IMG/VR virus record: IMGVR_UViG_3300012016_000004 | Span: 1-64,000 of that record | Reading direction: 5' to 3' (one strand) | Length of the DNA: 64,000 nt | Source: a virus | Taxonomy: Duplodnaviria; Caudoviricetes | In this document: positions 45,868 to 54,851 of the stretch, piece after piece | Position numbering within the stretch: position 1 is the stretch's first letter | Layout of the letters: each line of letters begins with the position of its first letter | Translations under genes and position numbers: made by a program | Notes under the pieces: model-generated | Told to the model about the DNA's origin: nothing | Database searches by the model: none | Seen by the model: only the letters and a program-made list of their open reading frames with translations

Positions 45868-46343
45868 TTCTGCCCCTCCTTTCTTGCGTTAAGTCCAAGT
45901 TCGTAGAAGTGGCGAGCAATTTCTTTTATATCGCCAACCGTCATGCTCTGGTTGCCGAAATGGTTGCAAGTACAAAGCCCCAAATCTTCGTCAATGGTCA
46001 TGTCTGGCAATTCAAGGATAAGGAGTTTCTCCAAATCCACCTCCGGCCGCTCCTGCTCAATGGAATCATTACGGATATATTCTATTGCAGTCATATCTTG
46101 CGGGGCGTAAGACATATCAATTGTCTTGTTATCTTTTGTTCTCGCATATAGGTATTTAGGGAAGACAAATTTCCCGCTTTGAACCTCCGGCTGCTCTTGC
46201 TGGAGGGACTCAACAATATCTATAGCTTGTAGCAATCCAGCATCCTTACCTTGTTCCCACTCATCGTAATCCCTATCAACAACGGTTGGTATTAGATGCT
46301 TTCTTAACTCGGAAATCAGTTTGTCTGCGTCAATGCACTTCAT
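45864..46343 (-). CDS. Hypothetical protein
   Basis: MKCIDADKLI...; two QQEQP-like repeats. Confidence 0.6.
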   Translation of the reverse strand: MKCIDADKLISELRKHLIPTVVDRDYDEWEQGKDAGLLQAIDIVESLQQEQPEVQSGKFVFPKYLYARTKDNKTIDMSYAPQDMTAIEYIRNDSIEQERPEVDLEKLLILELPDMTIDEDLGLCTCNHFGNQSMTVGDIKEIARHFYELGLNARKEGQK

Positions 46344-46539
46344 ATAATCTGTTATGTCTTAAAGTTATCGGCCACCATTTGGCTTTCCAGAGAGAACGGC
46401 AGTTAAGATGATTGATTTCATCTCCATAAATGTTTTCCATCCATTCAGCATGATTCTCTGGATTCTTACAGTTCTTGAAGAATAGTTCTATGATAAGTGT
46501 CAATATAATCATAGGGCCAGGTGTTTTCGTGGAAAACAA
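46330..46539 (-). CDS. Hypothetical protein
   Basis: 69-aa ORF. Confidence 0.45.
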   Translation of the reverse strand: MFSTKTPGPMIILTLIIELFFKNCKNPENHAEWMENIYGDEINHLNCRSLWKAKWWPITLRHNRLYEVH

Positions 46540-46547
46540 AATTCATA

Positions 46548-47381
46548 TTACTCGAACATTTGAGCTTCACACCAGTACAGAGGATAACAGTCCTGCTCGG
46601 CAATACCGATTTGTTGGGCAACATCATCTGCGCCCTGGCTCCATATTACACGGATTATCCGACGATCGCCAAGGAACAAGAATACATCCATACCGTCATC
46701 CGGCTTCTTTTCTGCAATCTTCTTCCAATGGCCATAGTCCTTCTTCTCGCTCTCACGAGGCGCTATCCGAGAATGGCACCAACGATGGTAGTGCTCCAAT
46801 ACCGTGTCCTCTGTTTCGTACGGCTCTACCAAGATTGAGGCACTGTTAAAGGACAACATAATAGGACGTCCTTCTTCTTTAACCATCTCGACTGCTTCCT
46901 TTGCAGCCTTCTGAATAGTGGTGCCGGCAATCGGTCTGAATACGCGAATCGTGTCTTTATGCGTTTGACGAATATCCTTATATGGCTTTAATCGAAGTTC
47001 TTTAATAAGTGCGTCTGCATATGAGATTGCATTACACATTACGTGCTTCTTGAAATATGCGTTGTCAAACTGAGCGGCAACTGAGTGGCCACTGAAACGC
47101 TTATACCACATAGGGTTCGCAAGGATGGATGCTGCAAATCGAGTGGCCGCTTCTTTTCTGAATTCAGAGACAGAATCTGATTCTTCTCCAGTCAGAACCT
47201 GGAGGCAGGATGGGAACATATATGCCTGGTGGCCATCCTCTGTACGACAGAGGAAAAGCCGACCGCCTGGGATATTCCAAATGCCTTCTGAATCCGTCTC
47301 CATCCCTGGGACGATCTCAACCACATCTCCCTTCTTGAAGTTCGGGGAGTACGGAGTTTCTTCTATTACTTTTGCTTTCAT
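46548..47381 (-). CDS. Hypothetical multi-domain protein
   Basis: Probable start MKAKVIEE at 47381; mosaic of short modules. Confidence 0.6.
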   Translation of the reverse strand: MKAKVIEETPYSPNFKKGDVVEIVPGMETDSEGIWNIPGGRLFLCRTEDGHQAYMFPSCLQVLTGEESDSVSEFRKEAATRFAASILANPMWYKRFSGHSVAAQFDNAYFKKHVMCNAISYADALIKELRLKPYKDIRQTHKDTIRVFRPIAGTTIQKAAKEAVEMVKEEGRPIMLSFNSASILVEPYETEDTVLEHYHRWCHSRIAPRESEKKDYGHWKKIAEKKPDDGMDVFLFLGDRRIIRVIWSQGADDVAQQIGIAEQDCYPLYWCEAQMFE

Positions 47382-47635
47382 TTCTTTAACATCTTTTCTG
47401 TGACATACATTGCGGTATAGCATCCGAGGAAGTTCGTAAATGCTTGGACTAAGAGAGCTGTCAGCAAGTCATAGTCTGCAATAAACTTGATAACGACCGC
47501 TGAGAAAGTATAGCAGATGCAATTGGCGAAGCTACCTACCAGCTTTGATGGGTGCTTGATTATGACTATGTTCTTTGCAGTATGCAGGAACACGTTCAAA
47601 AAACCGACAACGATATAAACGAGTAAACGAATCAT
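47378..47635 (-). CDS. Small multi-pass membrane protein
   Basis: Three hydrophobic segments in 85 aa. Confidence 0.65.
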   Translation of the reverse strand: MIRLLVYIVVGFLNVFLHTAKNIVIIKHPSKLVGSFANCICYTFSAVVIKFIADYDLLTALLVQAFTNFLGCYTAMYVTEKMLKK

Positions 47636-48138
47636 TTCTTCCTGAACTTATTTGACTGGTAGCGTGCAAACTTGTGCTGCTCTCGTAAAGCGTTAGCCCT
47701 TTTTCTCCTATCGTCTTCGATACGGACTTCGACTTGGGAGAAGAAATCTTTGATGTCTATCTTCGGCTCGAAACATTCTTCTTTGGGCTGAAAGCTTTCT
47801 GTTACTATTTCGTCCGGAATAACGCTTGTAATGTCTTTGATTTCTTTTGGAAGAGTCTGAATACCGATGTCATCACCTATCTCTGGTCTAACGACTATTC
47901 TTACCACGTTGTATTCTTTTGCAAAGAACGCTACCGATTTTGTAACATCGGAACTCCCAACAAAAAGGACAATCGGGTTTTTGCTCGCCTTTGCACGAAT
48001 AAGCGATTCGACTTCTTCACGAAATTCACACTCCTCCGTGCAGCCAACACAACGGGCCTTGTACTTCACTTGACCACGTCCGTATTTCAGTGTTGGGCAA
48101 TACGGATTTCCAAGCAGATCAAACTCTATCTTTGACAT
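47632..48138 (-). CDS. Hypothetical protein
   Basis: Probable start MSKIEF at 48138; Cys cluster near the N-terminus. Confidence 0.5.
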   Translation of the reverse strand: MSKIEFDLLGNPYCPTLKYGRGQVKYKARCVGCTEECEFREEVESLIRAKASKNPIVLFVGSSDVTKSVAFFAKEYNVVRIVVRPEIGDDIGIQTLPKEIKDITSVIPDEIVTESFQPKEECFEPKIDIKDFFSQVEVRIEDDRRKRANALREQHKFARYQSNKFRKK

Positions 48139-48146
48139 CTTGTGAG

Positions 48147-48986
48147 TTATTTCGAATACTTCAAATAGCCTTCGACGATAAAATACTCGTCCGAACACGT
48201 GCCGTCAGTGAAGTAGTTCAGACTATTGATAGACGTCTCCACCGTTCGCCAAAAATTGACTTCCTTGCCATAGAGCATATATCTCTGCGCAAGGTGGAAA
48301 TCTGTTATTCTATCCTGCTTATGCGCATCAGAGAACTTCTCATAGAAGCGCTCATACAGAGTAATGTCTTCTTCCAGCAGTTCGTACCTTGTGTCGGTGG
48401 ATATTCTTCTAACTTGGATGTATCGAACGTTTTCAAACTTGCTGATATACTTGATGAGGTCATCGAATTCATCCACGTTATATCTGCAGAGAACGATTGA
48501 AATTCGAACATTATCTCCGCTTGCAGGAATGATATAATCCCAGTCCGGAATCGTACTGAAGCCCATTATCTTCTTGTTGACGTCCGGCTTCAATGTGTGG
48601 ATGGAATACGCAATCTCGTCCTTCATTGCGTGAATGCAATCCATCTTCTGTTTGGCAAGGATGCCGTTGGTTCTGACACCAACGAGGAAGCCCTGGCCCT
48701 GCAGAAAATCAATAATCTCGGCCAAATACTTGTACTGGAGACCGTCAGCCGTTTGGCCGGTCAGATAGAGCTTCTTGATTCCTTCCTCTTTACATGTCTC
48801 AAGGAACGTATCAAAGTTCTTCCACTCTGAAAAGTGTACGTTCAGCTGGTTCTTTCCAGCGAGATTCTCGCTGATGTCTTTTCCAAGGCAGAAATAGCAA
48901 TTTGCATTGCAGGCGCCAAGCAGGTTGATGTTCGCGAAAGAGAATCCTTCGCGGTTTCTATTCTTTTTGATTTCAACTTTTTCCAT
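48147..48986 (-). CDS. Radical SAM protein
   Basis: NLLGACNANCYFC; YLTG; RTNG. Confidence 0.85.
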   Translation of the reverse strand: MEKVEIKKNRNREGFSFANINLLGACNANCYFCLGKDISENLAGKNQLNVHFSEWKNFDTFLETCKEEGIKKLYLTGQTADGLQYKYLAEIIDFLQGQGFLVGVRTNGILAKQKMDCIHAMKDEIAYSIHTLKPDVNKKIMGFSTIPDWDYIIPASGDNVRISIVLCRYNVDEFDDLIKYISKFENVRYIQVRRISTDTRYELLEEDITLYERFYEKFSDAHKQDRITDFHLAQRYMLYGKEVNFWRTVETSINSLNYFTDGTCSDEYFIVEGYLKYSK

Positions 48987-48999
48987 AATTCAAACTTTT

Positions 49000-49197
49000 T
49001 TACCCCCGCACCATTCTTCCAACATTGTTCAGATGATTCTGGACGGCCAGAGCGATGTCGTGGCATACCTTCTTGCTGCGGATTTTAATCCGGCAGTCCC
49101 CGGTCACACCGTCATAGCCGGGGATGACAATTTCCACGACCGGGGACTGCCGAATAGCCTCGACAAGAATCCTTTCGTTCTTCTCAAGACCTTTCAT
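49000..49197 (-). CDS. Hypothetical protein
   Basis: MKGLEKNE..., 65 aa, starting right at the upstream stop. Confidence 0.45.
   Translation of the reverse strand: MKGLEKNERILVEAIRQSPVVEIVIPGYDGVTGDCRIKIRSKKVCHDIALAVQNHLNNVGRMVRG
49091..49152. repeat. 15-bp perfect inverted repeat
   Basis: cggcagtccccggtc (49091-49105) / gaccggggactgccg (49138-49152), 32-nt spacer. Confidence 0.85.
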
Positions 49198-49198
49198 G

Positions 49199-49747
49199 CT
49201 ACTTCTCCTCCAGAAGAAGGTAATCTGCGTAGAGTTGCGTGAACGTGGTCGCTGCGTAAAGCGCGAGGTCGCTACTTTTGAAGCAAAGCCGAGAGCCGAA
49301 GTGCGCATACGTATGCGAGGGGGCGTTAGGCGAGTACGAGCACGCGAGGCCGGCAGTATTCTTTATTCCTTGGACACGGACTACGGTGTAGCCATTTCTG
49401 CGGTATTCATCGAACTCGTTTTCCTTGAGCATGATGAACCAGGGCCAATAGACATAGCATTCACCGCGCTTCTGAGGATGCTCCCATCCTTCATTCAGAG
49501 CCTTAGTGATGGTCTCCAGCTTGAGCATTGCAGAGACATGGCGCTTTTCTCGCTCCGGGAGATAATCGAAGTTGACCGGCTTGATTCCGAGAACCTTGCA
49601 GGCATCTTCATAGGACTTTACGACATCGGTAATCTTGACCTTGCAGTCATTGCCGAACAGATGCTCCAGCATTTCGCGCTGGGATGGATTACCATTTCTC
49701 CAGGCATCCTGGACGGACTCTTGCGAGACCACTAATTCTTTCTTCAT
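49199..49747 (-). CDS. Small early protein with a DGR VR-like C-terminal motif
   Basis: ...KLETITKALNEGW...YWPWF...AGLACSYSPNAPSHTYAHFGSRLCFKS; first gene behind a promoter cassette. Confidence 0.8.
   Translation of the reverse strand: MKKELVVSQESVQDAWRNGNPSQREMLEHLFGNDCKVKITDVVKSYEDACKVLGIKPVNFDYLPEREKRHVSAMLKLETITKALNEGWEHPQKRGECYVYWPWFIMLKENEFDEYRRNGYTVVRVQGIKNTAGLACSYSPNAPSHTYAHFGSRLCFKSSDLALYAATTFTQLYADYLLLEEK
49280..49357 (-). other. Putative second DGR variable region (VR2)
   Basis: 18/19-nt identity (49337-49355) with bases 1-19; codon pattern consistent with adenine-mutated AAY codons. Confidence 0.6.
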
Positions 49748-49855
49748 AAACCACTTTCGTTAATTTGTTTTTTTGGTATTGTAAATCTAATCATTATTTT
49801 GGAAATATCAAAATATAATCAGCTTATTTTCAAGCATTTGCACACATATTTGCAA
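49748..49855 (-). promoter_or_regulatory. Repeated early promoter cassette, copy 4
   Basis: TAGATTTA box, tggtattgtaaatctaatcatt core (plus strand), AACGAAAGT leader. Confidence 0.65.
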
Positions 49856-51140
49856 TGCGCTGGATTCTTCCCATATTGCGGTTAACCAACCGGACAATCC
49901 GCTTGTGATAAGGACTCGAAGTGTCTCCATAGCCACGAGACTGGAGGACAATGAACTCCTTTGTGCTGATCTCGACCGTTTCAGCACGCTTTCCGTCAAC
50001 CCTCGCTGTCATCAGAAGGGTTCCGTTCTTGTAGTATTCGCAACGGAAGACGCAGTGACCGAGATGGTTTCCTTCCTCCAGGACTTCCTTGACAGAGCGC
50101 AGCGTTCTGATGGTCAGCTCGTGGTCAGTGAACTCCAGTCCGAAGTAAGGAGCCATCTTCTTGACGTAAGCCGGGTTATCTCGTTCTGCTTTGGCCAGGT
50201 CTTCCTTCTTGGTTGTCTTCTTGGCGCGTCTCGCCTGCATCTGGAAGTGAGTCCGGGCCAGGTCATCCGGGCAAAGGTAGTAGGGGCTATGAATGTCCAG
50301 CCCCAGCTCCTGCAGGTCTCCGATATAGTCGCACCACGTCCTTACATCAGTGAACTTGTACTTGTGCCTGGTGGCAACATTGATGGCCTCCCAGGGAACG
50401 TTGATGAGCTTCGAGTCGGCCCTCAGCCGTTCAACGAATAGATTGCGGTAGCCTCTCTTGAGCAGAATCTCAGAGATGGGGTCTGTCAGCACAGAGACGA
50501 TCTGGCGCCATGAGCAGACCTCGTCAGAAAGCCTCGTAAGACCTCTCTGCTTGACGGACGGCAGGAACTTGCATCCGCTGGCGATATATCCTCCGATACC
50601 ACTATACCGACGGTGCCAGCATCGAAGCTCCATCGATGACTCGAACCTCCATAGGTCGTAGTACAGATTGCTCATATTCGTCAGCTTGGCGAAGACAGTT
50701 GTCTTCCCATCCTGGCCTATCCAAATCTGACAGACCTCATCAATGAAGTCACGTTTCTGCTCCTCTCTGATTGACGTTCCGTAGAACTTGACCGGCCTGG
50801 TTCTGTGGGTGCTGACAAAGAACATCCTCTGAATCTGGAACTCGCCGGCCACATCCATCAGTTCGTAGTAATACCGGCTCTCTATTGAGTGCTTTTGCGT
50901 GTTCCTTACCGGGAGGCGCTTGTGGCAGTGCGGGCAAACTGAGCGGCCATTGTCAAGGGCCTTCTTCCATACCTGGGTATCTTCCCAAATGTGACCGCAG
51001 TCAGTACACCACGCCTCCTTCTTGGTTGCTATGATTTCGCCGTTCTTATGGAATGCTTCTTCCTTCTGCCTTGCCGTCAGAGGGCGTAGCAAGGGACGAA
51101 GCTCGATGCAACGGCGTTCTCTATCAGTGGTGGGTTTCAT
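49830..51140 (-). CDS. PcfJ-domain protein
   Basis: Zn-ribbon N-terminus; C-terminal LRSVKEVLEEGNHLGHCVF...YY...RVDGKRAETVE...QSRG. Confidence 0.85.
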   Translation of the reverse strand: MKPTTDRERRCIELRPLLRPLTARQKEEAFHKNGEIIATKKEAWCTDCGHIWEDTQVWKKALDNGRSVCPHCHKRLPVRNTQKHSIESRYYYELMDVAGEFQIQRMFFVSTHRTRPVKFYGTSIREEQKRDFIDEVCQIWIGQDGKTTVFAKLTNMSNLYYDLWRFESSMELRCWHRRYSGIGGYIASGCKFLPSVKQRGLTRLSDEVCSWRQIVSVLTDPISEILLKRGYRNLFVERLRADSKLINVPWEAINVATRHKYKFTDVRTWCDYIGDLQELGLDIHSPYYLCPDDLARTHFQMQARRAKKTTKKEDLAKAERDNPAYVKKMAPYFGLEFTDHELTIRTLRSVKEVLEEGNHLGHCVFRCEYYKNGTLLMTARVDGKRAETVEISTKEFIVLQSRGYGDTSSPYHKRIVRLVNRNMGRIQRIANMCANA

Positions 51141-51143
51141 AGG

Positions 51144-51614
51144 CTACTCGTCGAACAAGAACATCACTCCACTCTCCTCCTCCTTCTGACGCTTCTCTTT
51201 TGACTTCTGACGGCGTTTCTCCTCCTCAGCCTTAATCTTCCTCGCCTCCTCCTCCGCGAGTCGCTCTATGGCCTTCTCTCGCGCCTTAGCTTTGTCTTCC
51301 TCACTCAGCTCCACTCCCGGAGTTGCGGTTGCGACCGAACCGACGCCATCCATCTTGCGAATCTCAATCTTCTCCTCATCGTAGTAGTGGACGGCGAGGC
51401 CGAAGCACTCCTGGCGTGACGGCATGGCAACGGCGACGCGCTTTCCGCCCGCCTCCTTGACGTACTTGTGAAATATCTCGCCCTCGATGAACTCAAGGCA
51501 CTTGTCTATGCTCTTGTCCGGGTTGGCGAGCTTCTGGGCGAAAACCGGATCACCGGCAGCATAGGTTTCAAGGTACGCTTGAATCGCCTCCTGGATTGTC
51601 TGAAACTGGCTCAT
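51144..51614 (-). CDS. PcfK-like / AcrIIA9-family protein
   Basis: IQAYLE...DPVFAQKLANPDKSIDKCLEFI...ECFGLAVHYYDEEKIE; adjacent to PcfJ. Confidence 0.75.
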   Translation of the reverse strand: MSQFQTIQEAIQAYLETYAAGDPVFAQKLANPDKSIDKCLEFIEGEIFHKYVKEAGGKRVAVAMPSRQECFGLAVHYYDEEKIEIRKMDGVGSVATATPGVELSEEDKAKAREKAIERLAEEEARKIKAEEEKRRQKSKEKRQKEEESGVMFLFDE

Positions 51615-51643
51615 AATACTTACTTTCGTTATGGATGGTTATC

Positions 51644-51847
51644 CTATTTGCTTACTTGGCTTAATTGGATGCAGTTGTAACCGCCACAAGGCATGCATGC
51701 AATCGTGGGCTTCGTGCATCCCGTGATGTAAAGGTCTCCGGTATCACATCCGACCACAATCTGGAAAACGCCGGTCTTTGTCTCGATATTGATGCGATTG
51801 GCTTCTGTCTCATAGACCACATCGCCGACGGAATCTGTCACTTTCAT
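51644..51847 (-). CDS. Hypothetical protein
   Basis: 67-aa ORF. Confidence 0.5.
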   Translation of the reverse strand: MKVTDSVGDVVYETEANRINIETKTGVFQIVVGCDTGDLYITGCTKPTIACMPCGGYNCIQLSQVSK

Positions 51848-52572
51848 AGGCCGAGCAACTTATTCGTATCCGGAACACGTAGGATGTCAACCTTGCATTG
51901 ACGAGTGAATCCTCCTGCCTCAGTAGCCGTGTAGTGTAACTCCAAAAGCTGATACTTGATTCTGCATTCGCACATCCACCCGTCATCAAGGATATGGAGC
52001 CATGCATCCGGGAATCTTTTCTTCACGGCCTCCTGGAACTCGTGGTTCTTTGCATTAGCCGTCTCGATATACTCCCGCTTGGCATCGTTCTCATTGAGGA
52101 GATACTCTACCCAGGCTTCAATCTTCTTCTTGGATGCCTTGCCGATGAAATTCGGCCTTTCCTCATCATTGTACTTGAAGTCTCTTAAACGGCCTTCAAC
52201 CTTGTCTTCTCTGTCCAAGAAAAGGCCGAATGTCTTGGCATTCCATGAATCCTTCCACGGAACCAGCACCAAGCCGGGCTTAATCCTTGGATTATCAGAC
52301 TTGATGATGCGGATGCAATACTGGGCTATCTCGAAACTGATGTACGTCTCAGGCTCGCCGTTGAACGTATTCCCGCATTGTTCGCGGAACTCATAGACAT
52401 CGACCACCTCAGAGAAACCTTCGATTTCGAAGGCATCTTTGAGGACCTGGAGATTGTCATCAAGATAGTGGCGATGCGCCCCGTTCTCGATGTCACTCAG
52501 ATAGTAGTCTTTCAAGTAGGTGCAATGCTCACGGGCAAATTGCAGAGCTTGTTCTTTTCCGATTACATTCAT
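51844..52572 (-). CDS. Hypothetical protein
   Basis: 242 aa; leader motif upstream. Confidence 0.7.
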   Translation of the reverse strand: MNVIGKEQALQFAREHCTYLKDYYLSDIENGAHRHYLDDNLQVLKDAFEIEGFSEVVDVYEFREQCGNTFNGEPETYISFEIAQYCIRIIKSDNPRIKPGLVLVPWKDSWNAKTFGLFLDREDKVEGRLRDFKYNDEERPNFIGKASKKKIEAWVEYLLNENDAKREYIETANAKNHEFQEAVKKRFPDAWLHILDDGWMCECRIKYQLLELHYTATEAGGFTRQCKVDILRVPDTNKLLGL

Positions 52573-52608
52573 AAACTTACTTCGTTATCTTGTTAAACTT
52601 ACTTTCTA

Positions 52609-53037
52609 TCAATAATGTGGGTCGATGCTGTGCATCTGATAGTGGAGCATCAGTATGACCGAATGCGGAGATGTTTCCTGCCCATCCATATACCAACGTC
52701 CGTTTCTGCGTAGAGTGAAGCGGTCTGTACGACCTTCCTCCAGCTCTGGTAGAATCTCGTAGTTATCAGCAAAGTAATCGATGCACTTCGTCTTGTTATG
52801 AGTGACAATGACGGCTTTGGGCTTGCCAGCCTTCGTGTACTCAACTTCGGTGATGGTAGCAGCTCTCTTGTCAGAATAGTAGCAGATCGTGCATCCACGA
52901 CCGACCTCTGGAATGATTTCCCGGATGGCCAGCTCTTTCTCCTTCCGGAGTGCGGATGCATCTTCTCTCGTCTTATACGCATTCTTGATGCGCTCAGTCA
53001 ACTTTTCGACCCTCTCGTATGATTCTGCAGGTGTCAT
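52609..53037 (-). CDS. Hypothetical protein
   Basis: 142 aa; PEVG.G.T...SD..AATI...FTLRRNGRW. Confidence 0.7.
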   Translation of the reverse strand: MTPAESYERVEKLTERIKNAYKTREDASALRKEKELAIREIIPEVGRGCTICYYSDKRAATITEVEYTKAGKPKAVIVTHNKTKCIDYFADNYEILPELEEGRTDRFTLRRNGRWYMDGQETSPHSVILMLHYQMHSIDPHY

Positions 53038-53042
53038 AGCTA

Positions 53043-53564
53043 TTAGTCTCTATCGTAATACCATCCATTCCAGTTGCTATCCATAAACACATTACGGTGG
53101 TAGCCTTTCAAGCAAAGGGCAATCTCTTTCAGCTGGTCATAGCTGAGCTGGCAGTCCTTGTCAATCCGGAACACGCTCTTTTTGAAGTCATCCCTGGAGC
53201 AATACCTCCGGTTCTTCTCGACGTAGTAGCGAATTTCGCCGGAGTAGAACTGCCCAGTTCGCTCGCGCTCCTCCTTGGAGTTCTCCGTCTTCTTGATTCC
53301 CATAACATCCCAGTTCCTGCAGGGATTGTCGGAACCGAACAGAATCGCATTCCCATCCGCATCCTTCATCGGATGCTCATTCGTCTTGGACTTGAGGTGC
53401 AGCGGCTGCTTGGCATACGATACCTCGTTGAACCGTGCTATGATGTAGGCAATCAGTTCCGCTCTGAGAGTCTTCTCAAGCTCCTCGCGGGCCTTGGCCA
53501 CCTGCTCATTGAACTTCTCAATGGCTTTGGTGGTTCTTTCGATAGCGTCAGTCATCTTTTCCAT
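53043..53564 (-). CDS. Hypothetical protein
   Basis: Probable start MEKMTD at 53564. Confidence 0.6.
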   Translation of the reverse strand: MEKMTDAIERTTKAIEKFNEQVAKAREELEKTLRAELIAYIIARFNEVSYAKQPLHLKSKTNEHPMKDADGNAILFGSDNPCRNWDVMGIKKTENSKEERERTGQFYSGEIRYYVEKNRRYCSRDDFKKSVFRIDKDCQLSYDQLKEIALCLKGYHRNVFMDSNWNGWYYDRD

Positions 53565-53568
53565 AGCC

Positions 53569-54075
53569 TTACACCTCCATTCCTCTGTTATACTTGAAAT
53601 GGTCGATGACAGCCGTGACTGACATAAGGCCGTCTGACAGATTCCATCTTTTTTCGTGGTCTCCTGCCATAATCGCATCCTCAATGAGTTTGTCGTAGAA
53701 AAGGACAATCTCATCGCGCTTATCCTTGAGCTGCTCGTTGGTCAGACCAGCCAGGTCGAGCTTTTCGGCAATCATCTTGATTTCTTCTTCGCTGGTGAAA
53801 TGCTTGTCTTTCGGCTGATAGTCTTTCAGCCAGTCCAGAGAACCAAGCAACTCAGTATGCTGGAGGTTTCCCCATCCATCTGACTTCCTTGCGGAAGACC
53901 AGTATTCGGTGTACTCATCATCACCCCACTGAACCGGTTTGTCCAGGGCGATCTTTACTGAGACAGTGTACTCGTCTTCGTTGATTTCGGTGATGGTTCC
54001 AGTGACGGCCATTGCGGTGAAAACACCCTTGACCTTGCGTCCGATGATGGACTGATTGACTTCTTGGACTTTCAT
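53569..54075 (-). CDS. Hypothetical early protein
   Basis: 168 aa; first gene behind a promoter cassette. Confidence 0.7.
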   Translation of the reverse strand: MKVQEVNQSIIGRKVKGVFTAMAVTGTITEINEDEYTVSVKIALDKPVQWGDDEYTEYWSSARKSDGWGNLQHTELLGSLDWLKDYQPKDKHFTSEEEIKMIAEKLDLAGLTNEQLKDKRDEIVLFYDKLIEDAIMAGDHEKRWNLSDGLMSVTAVIDHFKYNRGMEV

Positions 54076-54180
54076 CTTACTTTCGTTTTTAGTGGTTGTT
54101 ATTTGGTACTGTAAAGGTAGTCATTTTATTTGTTAATTCCAAATTTAATCCGCTAAAAATCAATAAGTTACACGAAATTT
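54076..54180 (-). promoter_or_regulatory. Repeated early promoter cassette, copy 5
   Basis: ttatttggtactgtaaag core and ccaaatttaatc (plus strand) shared with copies 1 and 3. Confidence 0.7.
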
Positions 54181-54555
54181 TTAATCGTCAATCGTCACTA
54201 TCCGGAACTCAACTCTTGGGTTCACTTTGTCAATGAACTTCTCGGCCACGATCTTCACGCAGCGGTTGTCGTTCTTCAATGTCTTGGTATGCTGCAAGCA
54301 GTCCTCCAGCACTTTGAGGGCGTTATCCAGGTCGCTGCTCATGGTGGGATAGTACACCCGGACATAGAACTCATACAGAGAATCTATCTCCAGGTTCCGG
54401 AGAGAGCCAACCTGCATATAGAACGAGCGCTCATAGTCCCTGATTCTGTCGGACTTAACTATCGTGCCGTGGCCATTTCTGGATGCGACACGATAGCTGT
54501 TCGACTTTGATGGGACTTTACCGATAATGGTCTTCCATCCGTAGTCCATGGGCAT
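54181..54555 (-). CDS. rusA: RusA-family Holliday junction resolvase
   Basis: PSKSN...DLDNALKVLEDCLQ...NDNRCVKIVAEKFIDKVNPRVEF. Confidence 0.85.
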   Translation of the reverse strand: MPMDYGWKTIIGKVPSKSNSYRVASRNGHGTIVKSDRIRDYERSFYMQVGSLRNLEIDSLYEFYVRVYYPTMSSDLDNALKVLEDCLQHTKTLKNDNRCVKIVAEKFIDKVNPRVEFRIVTIDD

Positions 54556-54851
54556 CAGTTCTGAATGGGATTCTTCTTGCGAGACTTCTTTGGTGCCGGT
54601 CCCTCCGGGATGCCGGCCATTGCCGAGATGTCATATACACCAAGTGTAGCAGAAGCACGAAATCCGTGTCCTTTCGTCTCGACAACCTCGAACTTAATGA
54701 GGCCGTTGGCAATGATTCCGCTGACGATACGGTTGATGCACTCTTGCTCCAGCTCCGTCAGAGCCTGGGCTTTTTCCTCTTGGGATTTGCCGGAGAAATC
54801 AGTCTTGTCCTCCAGTGTTACTTTCAGTCTTTTTAGCTGCATAATCTTCAA
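54555..54851 (-). CDS. Hypothetical protein
   Basis: 98-aa ORF. Confidence 0.55.
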   Translation of the reverse strand: MKIMQLKRLKVTLEDKTDFSGKSQEEKAQALTELEQECINRIVSGIIANGLIKFEVVETKGHGFRASATLGVYDISAMAGIPEGPAPKKSRKKNPIQN

